Positions 10,475-20,273 of a stretch of 21,511 nt of DNA are shown here, piece by piece. The notes under the pieces were generated by a model. That model ran no database searches. It saw only the letters and a list, made by a program, of their open reading frames with translations, and was not told where the DNA came from. Position 1 is the stretch's first letter; every line of letters starts with the position of its first letter. Origin of the DNA: Tubiluchus corallicola. Its lineage: Eukaryota > Animalia > Priapulida. The DNA lies in assembly GCA_030141605.1 (NCBI GenBank), contig JAQGDQ010001040.1, forward strand, positions 1-21,511, given 5' to 3'. Position numbers and translations under genes: made by a program.

Positions 10475-11205
10475 GATGTATCGAATTTGATTTTAATTTC
10501 CATTGTTCCTCTCGCCAATCTACTTCTTGTACGTTTTTTTTGGTGGGGGAGTAACATTTGTCATTCTTCTCCCAATCCTATTGGCCTCATTGGCTCTCTT
10601 TAGAATCCTAAGCCCTTGATCTCTGATAGTTGGACAAAGGAATAGGGTGTCATCTTACACAGATTTTTACACAGATTGTAAGCTTGCTGCTTGCTGTAGA
10701 TGTTGGATGTCTAGTCAATCGTCTTTCCTTCATCTTCATAACAGCCTGAAAAGTTGTCAGTGGCTATTTTACCAATACTCTTCACTTTTGCAAGAAAGTC
10801 AATTCCAACCCAGACAATAAGAGCATCTATTCGGAACAGTAATATACACCAACATCAGATGCTTCTGATTCAGCATTATGACATGAAGATTTTCTATTTC
10901 AGAAAACTCCAGCTTCAGATAGGTTGGCACTTCAGGAGGCAAAATCGCAAGACGTCATCTCAGCGTCACCAGGTTTTGTGTCTGTAGCACCCAACAAACC
11001 AGATGACTCCTTGCAAAAGATGGGAATCTCCAAGTCTAACCTTCATAATTTATTTACGTATGAATCTAATTAATAATTAAATCTATAGATAGCGAAAGCC
11101 TCCCACTAAGCAGTCGTTGTAATAAGTATTGGTACTGTATTTCCTCCGATACTAAAAACAACTTAAAATCAAGCAATGATTTTCTCAACTTAATGATAGA
11201 CTTAC

Positions 11206-11385
11206 CCTATAGAACGTGATTTTAATGAAATTATTAAAGTTTCTATTTATCTTACTGCAGTTCCTTAGCGCAATGCCCCAGAGCAACCTATAAAGGTATT
11301 GAAGTGACTTGTAAAAAACAAGCAAAATCGCAATGATTGAAGAAAAGGTTGTTAAACACTGAGCAATTTCTGTGACCTTTACGAC
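11206..11385 (-). CDS. Candidate 180-bp exon with a hydrophobic, TM-like segment (VVKVTEIAQCLTTFSSIIAILLVFYKSLQYLYRLLWGIAL...)
   Basis: Acceptor ATTATGCAG|G, consensus donor AGG|GTAAGT, and only the phase 0-0 frame is open. Confidence 0.45.
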
Positions 11386-11479
11386 CTGCATAATGCTTTA
11401 GTTGGTTTTTTGCTCCACTAACATCAGACAATTCCTCAGCAAGCATTTGTTTGAGTGATATACCTAAGTTTGGTACTAG

Positions 11480-12548
11480 GCAAAACCAATAAACCGTTAG
11501 ATTATTTGAAACAAACCAAAACTAATAAACCGTTAGATTATTTTAAACAAAGCAAAACTGATAAACCTTAGATTATTTGAAACAAAGCAAAATTAATAAA
11601 CCGTTAGATTATTTGAAACAAAGCAAAACTAATAAACCGTTAGATTATTTGAAACAAAGCAAAATTAATAAACCGTTAGATTATTTTAAACAAAGCAAAC
11701 CTAATAAACCTTAGATTATTTGAAACAAAGCAAAACAAATAAACCGTTAGATTATTTGAAACAAAGCAAAACTAATAAACCGTTAGATTATTTGAAACAA
11801 AGCAAAATTAGTAAACCGTTAGATTATTTTAAACAAAGCAAAACTGATAAACCTTAGATTATTTGAAACAAAGCAAAACTAATAAACCTTAGATTATTTG
11901 AAACAAAGCAAAACTAATAAACCGTTAGATTATTTGAAACAAAGCAAAACTAATAAATCGGTTGATTATTTGAAACAAAACAAAACTAATAAATCGTTTG
12001 ATTATTTGAAACAAAACAAAACTAATAAACCTTAGATTATTTGAAACAAAGCAAAACTAATAAACCGTTAGATTATTTGAAACAAAGCAAAACTAATAAA
12101 CCGTTAGATTATTTGAAACAAAGCAAAACTAATAAACCTTAGATTATTTGAAACAAAGCAAAACTAATAAACCTTAGATTATTTGAAACAAAACAAAACT
12201 AATAAACCGTTAGATTATTTGAAACAAAGCAAAACTAATAAACCGTTAGATTATTTGAAACAAAGCAAAACTAATAAACCTTAGATTATTTGAAACAAAG
12301 CAAAACTAATAAACCTTAGTTTATTTGAAACAAACCAAAACTAATAAACCGTTAGATTATTTGAAACAAAGCAAAACTAATAAACCTTAGTTTATTTGAA
12401 ACAAACCAAAACTAATAAACCGTTAGATTATTTGAAACAAAGCAAAACTAATAAACCGTTAGATTATTTGGAACAAACCAAAACTAATAAACCGTTTGAT
12501 TATTTTAAACAAAGCAAAATTAATAAACCGTTTGATTATTTGAAACAA
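11480..12548. repeat. 35/36-bp AT-rich minisatellite, about 30 copies (AAACTAATAAACC[G]TTAGATTATTTGAAACAAAGCA)
   Basis: Contiguous head-to-tail units with no unique spacers. Confidence 0.97.
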
Positions 12549-12604
12549 CAATTTAATTTATTAAACGGCTAATTTGTTTAAGAAAACAGACACTGAAAAA
12601 TCAC

Positions 12605-12666
12605 AAATTGGTCAGGATTTGAACTTGTGGCCTCACGATTCACAGGCTCGACCATTCAACTACACC
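12605..12666 (-). mobile_element. tRNA-like SINE head remnant
   Basis: On the minus strand, GGTGTAGTTGAATGGT (A-box-like) is followed at tRNA-like spacing by GTTCAAATCC (B box). Confidence 0.45.
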
Positions 12667-13130
12667 TTATATTATTTTTCTATTTCCCAACATTCAAGTT
12701 TCTTGAATACATAATAATATTTAAGCAACCAAATACTTTTAAGAACGTGTCAGTTTTTTAGCTTTCTTTGAAAATAGACGGCATGTGCATAATTTTATCA
12801 TTTACATGGCTTAAAACACGTGTAGTTCTTGCCTTGACATTTATGCTGGACATTTCTAAGTCCAAACATATAAGATTACAAGTTTCATACTACCTCACTG
12901 ACTTCGGTTGTAATCGCTAATACAAAGGCGTCATAATTGGCCTTTTTAAACGGTTAAGCGACAATGTTTTTATAGCCAGCTATACAGTCCGCTCAGCAAT
13001 GCATTGTCGCGTTCAGTGACACGAATATTAGATCACAGCCACACGTGTTCGTATCTTACTGCTTTAGCAACTTCCCGAACGTTTATGTATGAGTGTTGTA
13101 CACATAAGCTTAATAAGTGAAACAACTTAC

Positions 13131-13152
13131 CGATGAACCTGGTGTCAAAAGC
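13131..13152 (-). CDS. Candidate 22-nt microexon
   Basis: Strong acceptor TTCATGTTTTCCAG|G and consensus donor CG|GTAAGT only 22 nt apart. Two of three frames are open (AFDTRFI or LLTPGSS). Confidence 0.4.
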
Positions 13153-13275
13153 CTGGAAAACATGAATGTCGTGTTAGTTCACTCTAATTCATCACGTAAT
13201 ATCTACCCGTTCGTCCATGTTGGCTGCGTGAGAAAGTTGCTGGCTTCTAGCAATCTACATCTCTGTATGTGAAGC

Positions 13276-13311
13276 CTGGTATTGATTTGTACTGGGAGCT
13301 GTCAATACCAG
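13276..13311. repeat. 36-bp hairpin (10-bp perfect inverted repeat)
   Basis: CTGGTATTGA-16 nt-TCAATACCAG. Confidence 0.7.
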
Positions 13312-13473
13312 CGTGCCCAGGGTTTCGTCGCTTTACATTGTTGTTTAAATGCAAAAATTTTGTCAATTTTAGTGTAAATGTTCGGCTGAGTTTCTTTTTT
13401 CTTTTATTACTCGCGTCGACTTGCCGTGGCTTAAAAACAACGTTGTGATTTAAATCAACTTATTACAATGGTG

Positions 13474-14146
13474 CACTCATCCACGCTCACAGTCATTCAC
13501 ACTCATCCACATTCATCCACACTCATTCACACTGATCCACACTGATCCACACTCATTCACATTCATCCACACTCATTAACATTCATCCACACTCATTCAC
13601 ACTCATCCACACTCATTCACACTCATCCACACTCATTCATACTCATTCACACTCATCCACACTCATTCACACTCATTCACACTCATCCACACTCATTCAC
13701 ACTCATTCACATTCATCCACACTCATTCACACTCATCCACACTCATTCACACTCATCCACACTCATTCACACTCATCCACACTCATCCACACTCATCCAC
13801 ACTCATTCACACCCATCCACACTCATTCACACTCATTCACACTCATCCACACTCATCCACACTCATTCACACTCATCCACACTCATCCACACTCATTCAC
13901 ACTCATCCACACTCATTCACACTCATTCACACTCATCCACACACTCATTCACACTCATTCACACTCATCCACACACTCATTCACACTCATCCACACTCAT
14001 TCACACTCATCCACACTCATCCACACTCATTCACACTCATTCACACTCATCCACACTCATTCACACTCATTCACACTCATCCACACACTCATTCACACTC
14101 ATCCACATTCATCCACACTCATTCACACTCATCCACACTCATTCAC
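13474..14146. repeat. 10-bp tandem repeat ACTCAT[C/T]CAC, about 65 copies
   Basis: Directly visible, with occasional CA slippage. Confidence 0.97.
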
Positions 14147-14204
14147 AGTTTGTTTGTTTATTCGATCATTTGTTTGTTGGCAGCTCCTCCACTCATTACT
14201 TAGC

Positions 14205-14365
14205 TCGCTCACTCATTCATTCATTTATTAACTCATTCATTTGTTCGTCCGTTCATTCATTCATTCGTCCATTTGTTAACTCATTCATTTATTAACTCAT
14301 TCATTCATTCATTCATTCATTCGTTCATTCATTTATTCCTCGATTCATTCATTCATTCATTCATT
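14205..14365. repeat. Degenerate (TTCA)n microsatellite
   Basis: Directly visible. Confidence 0.9.
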
Positions 14366-15257
14366 TTCGCACTCAGTCAATCAAACATTTCTGGCTGAAT
14401 TCTAAAGAATTGTCAAGATCTGCAAGAGTGTTGTGTTATAATGAACAAACGGTTTTCTGCAAAAAATTCCGCGTTTTCCAGCCAGAGTGGTCACGCGGTC
14501 ACAACATCTTCAATAAGAACTCATTCACCTAATATATGACGTACGTATGACGTCAGACATGCATTGTACACCCGGTCATCCACACCCAAAGCTGGTGAGA
14601 ATTTCCCATTGATCAAGCATCACTATTATATACGTTACTCTTCTATTATATATATATAAGTATACTTGTATACTTGAAAATATTATTAGAAAACACCTCT
14701 GGTGTACCGATCCATAATATAGTAACAAAAACACTAGAGAAAAACACACGCAGCAGTTTCATATATATATATATGTTCTGCGCGCTGACCTTAATAAACT
14801 GTCATCATATACCTTGTTCTAATCATTAATCGTGGTCATAGACAATGGCTTTATTGCACACCAAGTGCCTCGATTTCGAGAATCAGCGTGCTTTCGATTT
14901 AAAGTAGAGATCAATAATGTAAATAAAGGTCTTGTAAATTAACCCACATAATATGTTATTTCCGATTCTAGCCAATTACTGGCTTCACGTGTGTTGGATT
15001 CATGCATGTATTGGTCTCGTGTATAATTTAATACGATTAGTACAGCGATACAAGCAATCATTTTTGAGTACTGTCTAGCTAGGATAGATACTACGAAAAA
15101 CATGATGTGAATAGAATAAGTTGATGAATTTAGCTTAACATCAACATCAAACACATCATAAGCAACTTGTCCCACCCTTTCGCACACCGCTATTCAAGTT
15201 GCAAACTTTCTCAATTTCACTCTTACTTAATGCATAACTTGTAATCCTGTGGCTAAC

Positions 15258-15293
15258 CAAGGACTTCTATACCTAAAGTTACAGAGGTCCTTG
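15258..15293. mobile_element. 36-bp palindromic mini-element with P-element-like CAAGG..CCTTG ends
   Basis: CAAGGACTTCT / AGAGGTCCTTG inverted repeat (10/11), flanked by GGCTAAC and GCCTAAC (6/7 direct repeat). Confidence 0.5.
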
Positions 15294-15538
15294 GCCTAAC
15301 TTATAAATGACGTATCTATTCTCTGAAAGGCTTTTATACAAGTTAAACCTGTCAACCAATCAACGTTCGATTAATTGCCCATTCCTTTTATCATAAATGT
15401 GCTTACGATTGTAATCTTTCTTATCAAATAAAAATATTGTTTAAACTAAGTTAGACGAGAAAAACCATCTTCTTAAATCTGATTTAGAATTAATCCGAAT
15501 CCTTTCGTGGAACCGAAGTTAATAGCTCTTGGTGTTTT

Positions 15539-15575
15539 CAAAGAGGTTCCGAATTATGTACTGGGAACCTCTTTG
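15539..15575. repeat. 37-bp hairpin (12-bp perfect inverted repeat, CAAAG..CTTTG ends)
   Basis: CAAAGAGGTTCC-13 nt-GGAACCTCTTTG, with no convincing TSD. Confidence 0.75.
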
Positions 15576-15780
15576 GTACGTCTTGAGTGCAGGACGAGTC
15601 ATTTGCTTTTGTAATTGTTTAGTAATGATTTAACTAATACTGTTAAACACTGTTCCCTGTACTGTGAAAGCATTGTTCTTGTCTCTTGCTTTAGAACAAT
15701 AACAAATGCAAGCAAAACAATCAAAACGTAGTAGCGCATGCGCTTTAACTTTTGTGATTTGAATGCAAAGCTCGTTACAC

Positions 15781-15857
15781 CTTTGAAATCTAAGCAAGAA
15801 CTTTGCTGCCTTCTTCTGCGTTTGATGGTAACGAAGATCAGTATAATTGGGAGTATT
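15781..15857 (-). CDS. Weak candidate exon (NTPNYTDLRYHQTQKKAAKFLLRFQR)
   Basis: Acceptor TACTTCCAG|A, weak donor AAG|GTGTAA, within an open frame. Confidence 0.25.
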
Positions 15858-16340
15858 CTGGAAGTACCTTATCAAATGCCTGTCTAGGGCAAACGCCGAT
15901 CTTTATTCCCTCTGTCGACCACAATAATTTTTGACAGTGTATTAGCGTGGCGACAGTTTCTATACAACTTATGGCCGCTAGGCTAGTACTTTATTGTCTC
16001 AAAATTGGCACATAAAGCATCACTGTAAATCCTTCTGACTGTACAACTTACCAATGCATTATAATACAAACTTGTCTTCAAATTTCCATAATATTGAACT
16101 TTGTAAAATGAAGCCAAACCGTGAAAAAACGAAACTTAAATAGTAAGTTCACTTACTTTAACTGGGAAAAACTAAATTTCTTTTGTGTTGGAAACCACGC
16201 ACAAACGTACCAGCAGGCAATAACGCAAGGCAATAATCTAAATTTATTTCAGCTATTGACTTTCGAGAAAAAGCAATGCATAAACCACATTTGCACGCAT
16301 GCATGTATGATGCATATAAATTCGATTGTATAAATTACAA

Positions 16341-16454
16341 GGCCATATCACGTTGAAAACACCGCTTCTCGTCTGATCACCGAAGTTAAGCAACGTAGGG
16401 CCTGGTTAGTACTTGAATGGGTGACCGCCTAGGAATACCAGGTGCTGTAGGCTT
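16341..16454 (+). pseudogene. 5S rRNA-derived head (about nt 7-120 of 5S), not a functional rDNA copy
   Basis: GGCCATATCACGTTGAAAACACCG...GAAGTTAAGCAACG...GGTTAGTACTTGAATGGGTGACCGCC...GGTGCTGTAGGCTT matches metazoan 5S. The first ~6 nt are missing, there is an apparent G>A change at 16416 in the box C region, and no oligo-T terminator follows. Confidence 0.92.
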
Positions 16455-16874
16455 GCGGGATGCCCACACTGTATCTCGACTAGGCAGAGGAGCTGCACAA
16501 GCAGCCAACGGCTAGAGGGCGGAGGAGGTCAAGTGACCCAACGGCCATGTGTAGAGGAGTAAAGCTTCCAAATCAGGAGTGGAGCCCCGAAGGCGGACCA
16601 GTGCACTATGCTCACTGACTCCGGCAGCTCCTGCAGCCAACCTGGTGCTAAACGTATCGCTCCGCTTTCCTTTGGACTACACCAGGGAGGAAGAGAGGGG
16701 GTTCCTGTTGTCTGGGCAACTCAGGATCTCCATACACCTTGCCCAGGCGTGCGCCCTGGAGAGGCCATTCCAGTGGTTCAAGGATCGGATGCTGCAGCTC
16801 CATCAACGTAATCAATAACTGACTCTCTTGGCGCACACTACATTGTCTTCCGAGACAGAAGGATGCCAACAACA
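16341..16874 (+). mobile_element. 5S rRNA-derived SINE (SINE3-type) with RTE-like body and tail
   Basis: TSD ATAAATTACAA(G) at 16330-16341 and 16875-16886. 5S head, GC-rich body with no T4 run, 3' hairpin TGTCT-TCCG-AGACA (16844-16857), then GAAGGATGCC and a (CAA)n tail. Confidence 0.88.
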
Positions 16875-17552
16875 ATAAATTACAAGAATATTATTTCCTG
16901 GCGTTCAGTTAGTTAGAAAAGGAGCATACGAAACAGTATATATACAGACTGAGGCAGGGAAAAATAACCGAGCGACCATTATGTGTGTGCTTGATTACAG
17001 TCTTCAAAGTTAAGCGATAATGACTCTCGTTAATAAATGGATGGGTAACCGTTCATTCGTCATACAGCCCTCATTAGTATCCTTCACTATATGACAAAAA
17101 ACCTTAGTCATAAATGAAGCTTGAAAAATTCGTCTTGAAATTTTGTATCAGTTACATGATGTCTTGTGTACATGATGTCTTGTGGCATAAAGAACTTGAA
17201 ATAACAGTAATGCTGTAATTTGTATATTGTAAATTGTAAACTCGTGACGCTGCAAGTTGTAACTTTAAGCTCCAGCATTGACACTCGGACGCATCCATTT
17301 TAACGGTCAGTCATTGACTATATTGTGTAATAATATATCAGATAATATTGTGCAAAGTTTGAAAAAATAATCAGACCATTCGTGGCACATACTTCGCAAG
17401 ATAAAAAGTGTCAATTATTTTATATCGTAAATACGATCAACAATATATTTGTGTGAGCCAGTGTTGCACACTGAGATGGTGAAACCGAACCAATTGGCGC
17501 GAACATCTTAAATTATTGAGAATTTTCTTTTCCGGTTACATAAGTTCTTTAA

Positions 17553-18235
17553 AGGACAAGAAACGACATACTTGAAGTAGGTTTCAGAAAAATCGCCTTT
17601 AAAAATTCTATTACTTTAAAGCAATTTTATGCGTATGTCATACTCGCATTGAAAGGAATTTTTGTTTGTTTCCATTTTAAATCTCCAGCAATACTGTTCC
17701 GAAGTCGCCATTACATGACGTCGCTGCGCAAACGTAAATCAGGGGAAGAAAAGGCAATGTTAAACTATGTCCCAAAAGACTTTCCATGCAAATCTATATT
17801 ACTTAGCATTTCGCTTACCTGCTTGAAAAACTTACGTAAATAGAAAAGAACATTTTTAATTATTTAAAATATTTTCACCAATTGGTAAAATGTCGCTGAC
17901 TCACCCTCCAGGGTGCACCACCCACTAACCAAAAACGTATTTTTAATCTTATTCACAAGATACAGTAGTTTAAAATTTTGCTCGCTTAGTGATGTGTGCA
18001 TTACGAATGCTCTGATTATTTTTTCAAACTTTACACAATGTAGTCTAAACTTTTTTTAAATGACCTGTCGTCAAAATGGCTGCGTCTAACGGTCATCGCG
18101 GGAGTTTAAATTTACATGTTTTATACAAGGTGACTGCTGATTGAAGTCCTGTATGTAAAAAGGCAGTATGTAAGTGGTATAAAATTTCAAGACGAATTTT
18201 TTAAGCTTAATGTTTATGAAGGGTTTTCTTGTGCT
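17553..18235 (+). mobile_element. Kolobok-type non-autonomous element, family A copy 2 (longer form)
   Basis: TTAA at 17549-17552 and 18236-18239. Same ends as 1953-2536, with about 100 bp extra internal sequence (~17842-17942). Confidence 0.85.
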
Positions 18236-18366
18236 TTAAACGTGTAAACCGTAATTCTGAGTAATACAACTTTGCATAGAAAGTTTTTTGTGTAATATCT
18301 TATCGTATCAACCATAACGTAACTAAAACATCTCTACCAGTACAGCACCTCATCTCAAAAGAATAC

Positions 18367-18444
18367 TCTTGATAACAAGTATCTGGTCCCACTAGAGTCA
18401 TCTACTTCAGTGTGCATGCCGTTGAGTGCTGGGCTTGCTGAGTG
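18367..18444 (-). CDS. Candidate exon (HSASPALNGMHTEVDDSSGTRYLLSR); both boundaries uncertain
   Basis: Acceptor GATTTAG| at 18444, or alternatively CTCAG| at 18437 (phase 1). Open frame with elevated GC; the donor is weak. Confidence 0.35.
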
Positions 18445-18706
18445 CTAAATCGTTTAAAAAGCAGATTGGAACGTTGCTGTCACAGTAATAGCAGCACAGA
18501 GTAGCCCAGACTATACAGACTAGAAACAGAAATCAAAACTGTAAATTATTGATAGGAGAAGCTTCATCTTTTTTTTCAAATAATTAACGACATTATTACT
18601 ATAAAGCAGTCTTTCTTGATGTCACAAAAAGCGGGGTTCTCTGTCACTAAATGGGCAGCCACCTCTAAAACTTTCTACTATCACTATCTCGTAGTAAAAA
18701 TCTTAC

Positions 18707-18776
18707 ACTTCGTTAAATGTCTGGACAAAATCTTTCTTTGCAATTTTTTGTTCGAGTTTAGATCAAAAATATGATT
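18707..18776 (-). CDS. Candidate exon (NHIFDLNSNKKLQRKILSRHLTK)
   Basis: Strong acceptor TTTCGTTTCTCTAG|A and donor |GTAAGA. Open in phase 0, which is compatible with the upstream exon 19486-19650. Confidence 0.45.
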
Positions 18777-19099
18777 CTAGAGAAACGAAATATTCACAAT
18801 GAAACCAAGAAAAATTATAACAAGTCATAAGAAAAATCTCTTATATTTTATGGATTTCACGCAACTAATTTTTGGGTAAACGATTCGCCATTATAGTCTC
18901 AATATAGTCTCCATATTATTCTCCATATAGTCTAATCAAGTGTTGCCTCCTCCACAAATGCTTAGCGAATGTGTTAAAACATTTATCATTTCTCTGTACC
19001 AAACATCAGTTTATATCCTAATTATGAAATACTACTAACGCCCACTGTAACTCACACTAATCATTAGTAATATGTTGTTATTTTTCTCACTACTAATTC

Positions 19100-19258
19100 T
19101 AGTGGCCTAACATAAGCTAGCTTCTTAGGTCTCTAGCGCAGAATTCATGATTAATATCCTAATTTTGTTGTATTAACATAAAATTCATTGTCAATGTACT
19201 TGTAATACATAAGTATTTCTTTATTGCAAAATAAATCTATTGAATTGAATTGAATTGA
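19100..19258 (+). mobile_element. Probable 3' end of a CR1/L2-group LINE
   Basis: T-rich UTR-like stretch, AATAAA (19230-19235) and (ATTGA)4 tail (19239-19258). The 5' boundary is approximate. Confidence 0.45.
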
Positions 19259-19485
19259 AAAATTGATTAATAAGGCTCAGTGCCGCCTTAAACATACCTT
19301 TTTAACGCTAAAAGCTAATTGCACGATGTCCCGCATAAAGAGACGAAACGTTGCAGTGAATCAAGAAATTAAGCAAAGCTTTAATCTTTCAGATCTGTAT
19401 TTGTTGTTCTAAAAACATCAAAAGAATGGGCACCAAGGGATATCGGCTTACAAAGCTTCGGTTTCTATAGCAACGTATATCTTAC

Positions 19486-19650
19486 CTTGTTACGGCTTGC
19501 CATAGCAACTTGCTTTTCAATCAGTAGATGCTCCTTGGCGTATCTTGCAACTACATCTTGCAAGTGTTTCATTTCAGTTATCAACATTTGCTTTTCTTGC
19601 ATAAGCCTTGCTTCGTTTTCAGTGTGTTCAATGATCTGTAACGATTCAGG
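19486..19650 (-). CDS. Internal exon of a coiled-coil protein (PESLQIIEHTENEARLMQEKQMLITEMKHLQDVVARYAKEHLLIEKQVAMASRNK)
   Basis: 165 bp, phase 0-0, acceptor TTAATGCAG|C, donor AAG|GTAAGA, and an E/K/Q/L-rich heptad-like peptide. Confidence 0.75.
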
Positions 19651-19669
19651 CTGCATTAATTAAGCTTAA

Positions 19670-20273
19670 AGGAAGACAGGATGATTTTTGCATATACTAT
19701 CCCATTTTCAAGTCCGATAAAAAGTATACAATTTAACACAATTCATACTGCTAAAGCGTTTCTGATAAGTAAATAATATATTTAAATCTTAATAAACGGC
19801 GAGCGAGCCCAACTATTGATGACATCACAAACTAGCAATTTTCAATAGCAAAAATATTCCACGAACGTGTTGCATGTGTTTGCTAAAGAGAAAATTGAAG
19901 TACAGTGCTATTGTATTCAGTGTGTTGCACTAAAACTAGTTTTAAGATAAAAAATCAAATTTCAAATTTACCGCTGTGCTCACGCATGTGCTGTCGAACT
20001 TGTGTACGTCGTCACAAACTAACACATCTGAACTGAGAGGTACAGCACTTCTTTTTTGTGCAATGCGTTTTCGAAATGCAGGCGCTGGTGCCCGTCTAAC
20101 TAGGGAATGGCAAAATGCATGTAACAGCGAAGAACTAGCGACGCGAACGTGAAATTGTGTTTGTGTGGTAATAATTCTTTCACGTAAGTCATTTTTGAAA
20201 AAATAATATGTTTCCTTTCAATATTTTAAAGCGTAGGTGTTTTGCTACAGTTTAAGATTGAGTCCGGTTTAGC
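19670..20273 (-). mobile_element. Kolobok-type non-autonomous element, family B copy 2 (inverted, longer form)
   Basis: Reverse-complement homology to 8672-9198 along its length. TTAA at 19666-19669 and 20274-20277; about 83 bp extra internal segment. Confidence 0.82.

Noticed and set aside
9593-12548. 43-bp and 36-bp arrays as CRISPR arrays
   Set aside because: Units are contiguous with no unique spacers, no cas genes are present and the context is eukaryotic.
16341-16454. Functional 5S rRNA gene
   Set aside because: The 5' end is truncated, there is no terminator, it is a single copy and it lies inside a TSD-flanked retroposon.
16579-16875. Three overlapping ORFs of 67-79 aa
   Set aside because: They reflect the GC-rich non-coding SINE body.
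17153-17184. 16-bp tandem duplication TACATGATGTCTTGTG x2
   Set aside because: Ordinary local slippage with no further structure.
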